From an uncultured archaeon (GTDB lineage: Archaea > Asgardarchaeota > Thorarchaeia > Thorarchaeales > Thorarchaeaceae): a DNA stretch of 42,226 bases. The notes below the pieces were generated by a model. The model was given only the letters and a program-made list of their open reading frames with translations. It was not told the DNA's origin and did no database searches. The stretch covers positions 1-42,226 of the forward strand of contig CAYYQL010000022.1 in NCBI GenBank assembly GCA_964473825.1. The letters are read 5' to 3'. This document shows positions 38,854 through 42,226 of the stretch, piece by piece. The translations under genes and the position numbers were made by a program. Numbering within the stretch: position 1 is the first letter of the stretch; the number at the start of each line of letters is the position of its first letter.

Positions 38854-40052
38854 TACTCAACCACCTCCCCCTTTTCGAGTGCTAGGCCGACCGTTAGTAT
38901 TGCAGGAAGTGCAAATGATGAGAGAATCAGATATGGAGAGATGCCCTCAAGGGGCGGGAGTATCTGCCCTGCGACAAGAGTGAGTACGTAGAGTAACGTG
39001 AAGAGCAGAAGAATCAACATCCCGGCAAAATGGAACACTGCATGCTCTGTCAGAGTCGCGTTATGAGACCCAAGGAAGTCCCAGAGGAGTCGTAGATCGA
39101 GTACGAACACCAGGCTAGTGATACCTGCCAAGACACCCCCCAGGGGTGAGTGCATATACGCCAAGTCAAGAGCAGCTACAAGAGCCAAGAGGTTAAGCAG
39201 CACAACAGTGGGTCTACGATTCAATCGCTGATATAGTGATGCATTGACTGTAACCAGGGTGTAGGTGATGAGACCAAGAAGAATAGAGAGTCCCGCGATT
39301 TCGTAAGAGCCAGCAGTCCAGCGCGCGATTACATTAGGATACGCCAAGAAGGTGAGGAATGAAAATAATGCCCCTCCGAAGCCCAGACCGGCCAGGAACA
39401 CTTTGCTTTTTGAGATTGAGGACGCCGCTCTCATCTCGGACATAGATGATGGATACAGATGGCTCAGATAAGCAAACGACCCAGCAAGAACACACAGAAG
39501 TGGAGTTATCACAATTCCGAGTGGACCGGTGGACAAGTCCCAAGTGATGCCAAGTGTTCTTAACATGAGATCGGCTGCGATGGCTAGCGAGAAACCCGAG
39601 ATTAAGAGATTAGGCATTGACGGCATTGGACTTGGTTCGGCTCTGTATAGGAACGCCGTTGCAACTGGGAGATACATCCCATAGAATAAGACAGTCAGCC
39701 CCGCAATCATCATGTAAAGTTCAGCGGTTGTCTGAACGAAGGGCATTATGAATCGGAACACAATCACTCCAGTCACACTAAGCATTCGTAAAACTTCAAC
39801 TCCAAAACCGCGCAGAGGTATGACTACAGCAGGTGACAGGAATAGAACTACAAGTGCAACAGAAGCCCCTAGTGTCATTGCACCGAGATTTTGAAAGTAT
39901 ATCTGCCCAACGAACTCTCTGACGCTTTGGAGGAAGAACAGAGTCATCATGAGGGGCAGTAGCAGATGATTCATGAGCACACTCACCTCATCTCTTGAAA
40001 GGGCATTTCTGACCCCTTCGGCCGGAGTCTGTGTAGATGTTCTTCCGTTCAT
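38853..40052 (-). CDS. Multi-pass membrane protein coupled to the EEP gene
   Basis: About 11-12 hydrophobic helices. Its stop overlaps the EEP start (TAATG). Confidence 0.75.
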   Translation of the reverse strand: MNGRTSTQTPAEGVRNALSRDEVSVLMNHLLLPLMMTLFFLQSVREFVGQIYFQNLGAMTLGASVALVVLFLSPAVVIPLRGFGVEVLRMLSVTGVIVFRFIMPFVQTTAELYMMIAGLTVLFYGMYLPVATAFLYRAEPSPMPSMPNLLISGFSLAIAADLMLRTLGITWDLSTGPLGIVITPLLCVLAGSFAYLSHLYPSSMSEMRAASSISKSKVFLAGLGFGGALFSFLTFLAYPNVIARWTAGSYEIAGLSILLGLITYTLVTVNASLYQRLNRRPTVVLLNLLALVAALDLAYMHSPLGGVLAGITSLVFVLDLRLLWDFLGSHNATLTEHAVFHFAGMLILLLFTLLYVLTLVAGQILPPLEGISPYLILSSFALPAILTVGLALEKGEVVE

Positions 40053-40256
40053 TGACCATCACCTTGCCATGCAGGCCATGAGTCTAGTGTCAAACCTGCC
40101 CAAAAGCGTTTTCATGCTGATGACTAATCTGAAGAGCATCCTTCTGCTTGTTTCCGCAAGCGAAGACATGGCCCTGCTCCTCATATTGAGATATGCTCCG
40201 GAGTCATCGCATGGTGCATTTCCGATGCGCTTTCGTGTTGAACTTATGCCTATACT

Positions 40257-42224
40257 CTAAGCAGGCTTTCGTCGTTTCATTGTCAAGAGCACCACAATGA
40301 CAGCGGCAACTCCGATTGAGCCGATTACCGAAACCAGTATCAACGGGTCTAACTCCGATGGTTCTGTTGGCGTTGTAGTGGTTGTCGTAGTAGATGTTGT
40401 TTCCGTCGTGGTCGGTGTAGTGTCAGCCGGAGTCACTGTCACGAGTACAGTATCGCTTGCGCTATTGCCGCTTGAGTCAATGACAACAATGGTGTAGTTG
40501 TAGACACCGGGCTCAAGACCGTCCACAACTATTGATATGTTGTTCTCATACACTGAACTGGACAGAATAAGGGTCCCATTTCGGTAGATAGAGTGATTGA
40601 GGGGACTAAGATCAAACACCTGCCAGATGATAGAATAGCCGGTACTGTCGAACTGATACTCGATATCATCCGGATCATCAACCGTGGGTGGTGTTGTGTC
40701 TACTACCGTGACGCATACCGTACTAGTGGTGGAGTTTCCTCTTATGTCGAACACAACGAGGGTATAGTTATGGACTCCAGGACGTAGCCCATCGATACCG
40801 ATGATGATGTCTGAGCCGTTCCATGTATCGCCGGTGAAGTACATATCGTTCCGATACAGCTCGTAAGCCTGCGGGTAAGGATGCCTTGGACTCCAAACAA
40901 TCGAATGACCACTCGTACCTAGTTCGTATTCTATGTCCTCAGGATGGTCGATGGTTGGAGCAAATCCTGCAAAGAACATTGGGTGCCAGTCCCTACTTCC
41001 GCTTGTTCCTCCAATGAGATACTCTCCAACTCCATCATAGTCGTCCCAGAAGTTGCCGTGCGTGCCATTATCCCAGCTGTTTGTTCCGCTATCGTCTACA
41101 GCACTCATCGCGTTGTATGCAAGAAAGTTCTGATAGACAAGACCCCCATCACAATCGTAGAGATGAATTCCTCTTTCGTTGCCGATGACTGAGTTGCCAG
41201 TTACGACGAAATCACTGGAAAACCTGAAATGGAATCCGTTTTCCGAGTCGGTTGCAGTATTGTTTGCCACCACACATCCGATCGAATCGGACAGCATGAA
41301 TCCGTTACCTGTGATTTCTTGAGCAGTATTTTTTGTCAGAGAACAATCTGTGCAGTCAATCAAAGAGAATCCCTGGTCTGAGAGCAAGACTACATTATCG
41401 ATGAGCTTGCAGCTCTCGCAGTTGTAGAGATACATTGCGACTCTTGCGCCGCTGACCATATTCCCTGTGAGAGTGCAGTTGTAGCAGTATCCAACCTGAA
41501 TGCTGTCTACATCGACAAATGAGCCATTTGACACGATGAAACTGGAGCAATTCGCGAGTATCACCTGTGCGAACTCACTGCCATCTATTGCTAGGTCGGA
41601 ACTGCTTCTGAAATAGCCCAGTGGGTTTTCATTGACCGTGTTTTCGGTCATATTGTGCAACCAGTGAGATAGACTCCACCCTCGAATACGAAAACCAAGG
41701 CCAACAACATTATTCTGGGTAAGCACACAATTAGCTGAGTTCTGGAGAAAGATGTCATGATTTGAGTTGTTGCTGGCGGTGTTGTTCATAAGGATGCTTG
41801 CATCCGTGTAGAGCAGGTAGAATCCATAGGCTGTATTATTGCTGGCGGAGTTCTTGCTGAAGATACAACTCTCGGAACCGTGCGTATGGAATCCGCTTCC
41901 TGCGTTAAGATCGGCTGTGTTGAATCCTAGACTGCAGTTCGAAGACCCTTTCAAATAGAATCCATGCTCCATATTGTTGCTGGCGGAGCTGTATCTCATG
42001 GTACAATATTGAGAATCGTTGGAAAAGTACCCACTACCTGTGTTGAGATTGGCAGTGTTGTGGCTGAGGGTGCAGTTCAAGGCCGCTTTCAAATGGAATC
42101 CGTGTTCGCCGTTGGTGTCCGCTACATTGTGCGTTAGATTGCAGGCGGCTGTATTGAGGAGGTAGAATCCGTGTTCGCCGTTGCTGCCCGCGGAGTTGTT
42201 GTTCAGGATACAATCATCTGAACC
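40257..42224 (-). CDS. NosD/CASH parallel beta-helix surface protein with Ig-like repeats, Thr linker and TM anchor (5' partial)
   Basis: Frame is open to the window end. About 23-aa C.L..N.A..N...GF.L repeats, GNFWDDY, two DGL.PGV.NYT.VV.D..GN repeats, and a poly-Thr/TM/KRRK C-terminus. Confidence 0.88.
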   Translation of the reverse strand, partial: GSDDCILNNNSAGSNGEHGFYLLNTAACNLTHNVADTNGEHGFHLKAALNCTLSHNTANLNTGSGYFSNDSQYCTMRYSSASNNMEHGFYLKGSSNCSLGFNTADLNAGSGFHTHGSESCIFSKNSASNNTAYGFYLLYTDASILMNNTASNNSNHDIFLQNSANCVLTQNNVVGLGFRIRGWSLSHWLHNMTENTVNENPLGYFRSSSDLAIDGSEFAQVILANCSSFIVSNGSFVDVDSIQVGYCYNCTLTGNMVSGARVAMYLYNCESCKLIDNVVLLSDQGFSLIDCTDCSLTKNTAQEITGNGFMLSDSIGCVVANNTATDSENGFHFRFSSDFVVTGNSVIGNERGIHLYDCDGGLVYQNFLAYNAMSAVDDSGTNSWDNGTHGNFWDDYDGVGEYLIGGTSGSRDWHPMFFAGFAPTIDHPEDIEYELGTSGHSIVWSPRHPYPQAYELYRNDMYFTGDTWNGSDIIIGIDGLRPGVHNYTLVVFDIRGNSTTSTVCVTVVDTTPPTVDDPDDIEYQFDSTGYSIIWQVFDLSPLNHSIYRNGTLILSSSVYENNISIVVDGLEPGVYNYTIVVIDSSGNSASDTVLVTVTPADTTPTTTETTSTTTTTTTPTEPSELDPLILVSVIGSIGVAAVIVVLLTMKRRKPA

Positions 42225-42226
42225 AT

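Noticed and set aside
42096-42183. 19-bp direct repeat GAATCCGTGTTCGCCGTTG spaced 69 bp apart, as a CRISPR array
   Set aside because: There are only two copies and they are in frame with the 23-aa beta-helix repeats of the CDS. No cas genes are present.

Overview
This 42.2 kb window is archaeal chromosomal DNA, most likely from an Asgard archaeon such as Thorarchaeia. That call is an inference from a Rab-like small GTPase, a gelsolin-like ORF, Thr-linker/TM-anchored surface proteins, a tungsten AOR and archaeal TATA/BRE promoters. The window holds a glycogen-debranching-like gene, an MBL hydrolase, two large surface proteins, an IS110 element, a small cluster of eukaryote-like proteins, AOR with nearby decayed duplications, an ECF transporter plus GlcD/GlcF-like operon, a nine-gene shikimate/tyrosine operon, a CBS-HPF-like protein and a split Cwh43-like pair. 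Two signals stand out, and neither is in the ORF track. (1) A short Tyr-rich leader ORF (MNREIATNICTAGNTCRYSGYYSYYL*) with mutually exclusive RNA hairpins lies directly upstream of the chorismate/tyrosine operon, which is the layout of a ribosome-mediated attenuator, here in an archaeon. (2) The IS110 left end contains a bridge-RNA-like internal loop whose two strands match both insertion junctions exactly over 10 nt, and the target is the pyrimidine tail of a terminator. All calls come from reading motifs by eye; no searches or folding programs were run.
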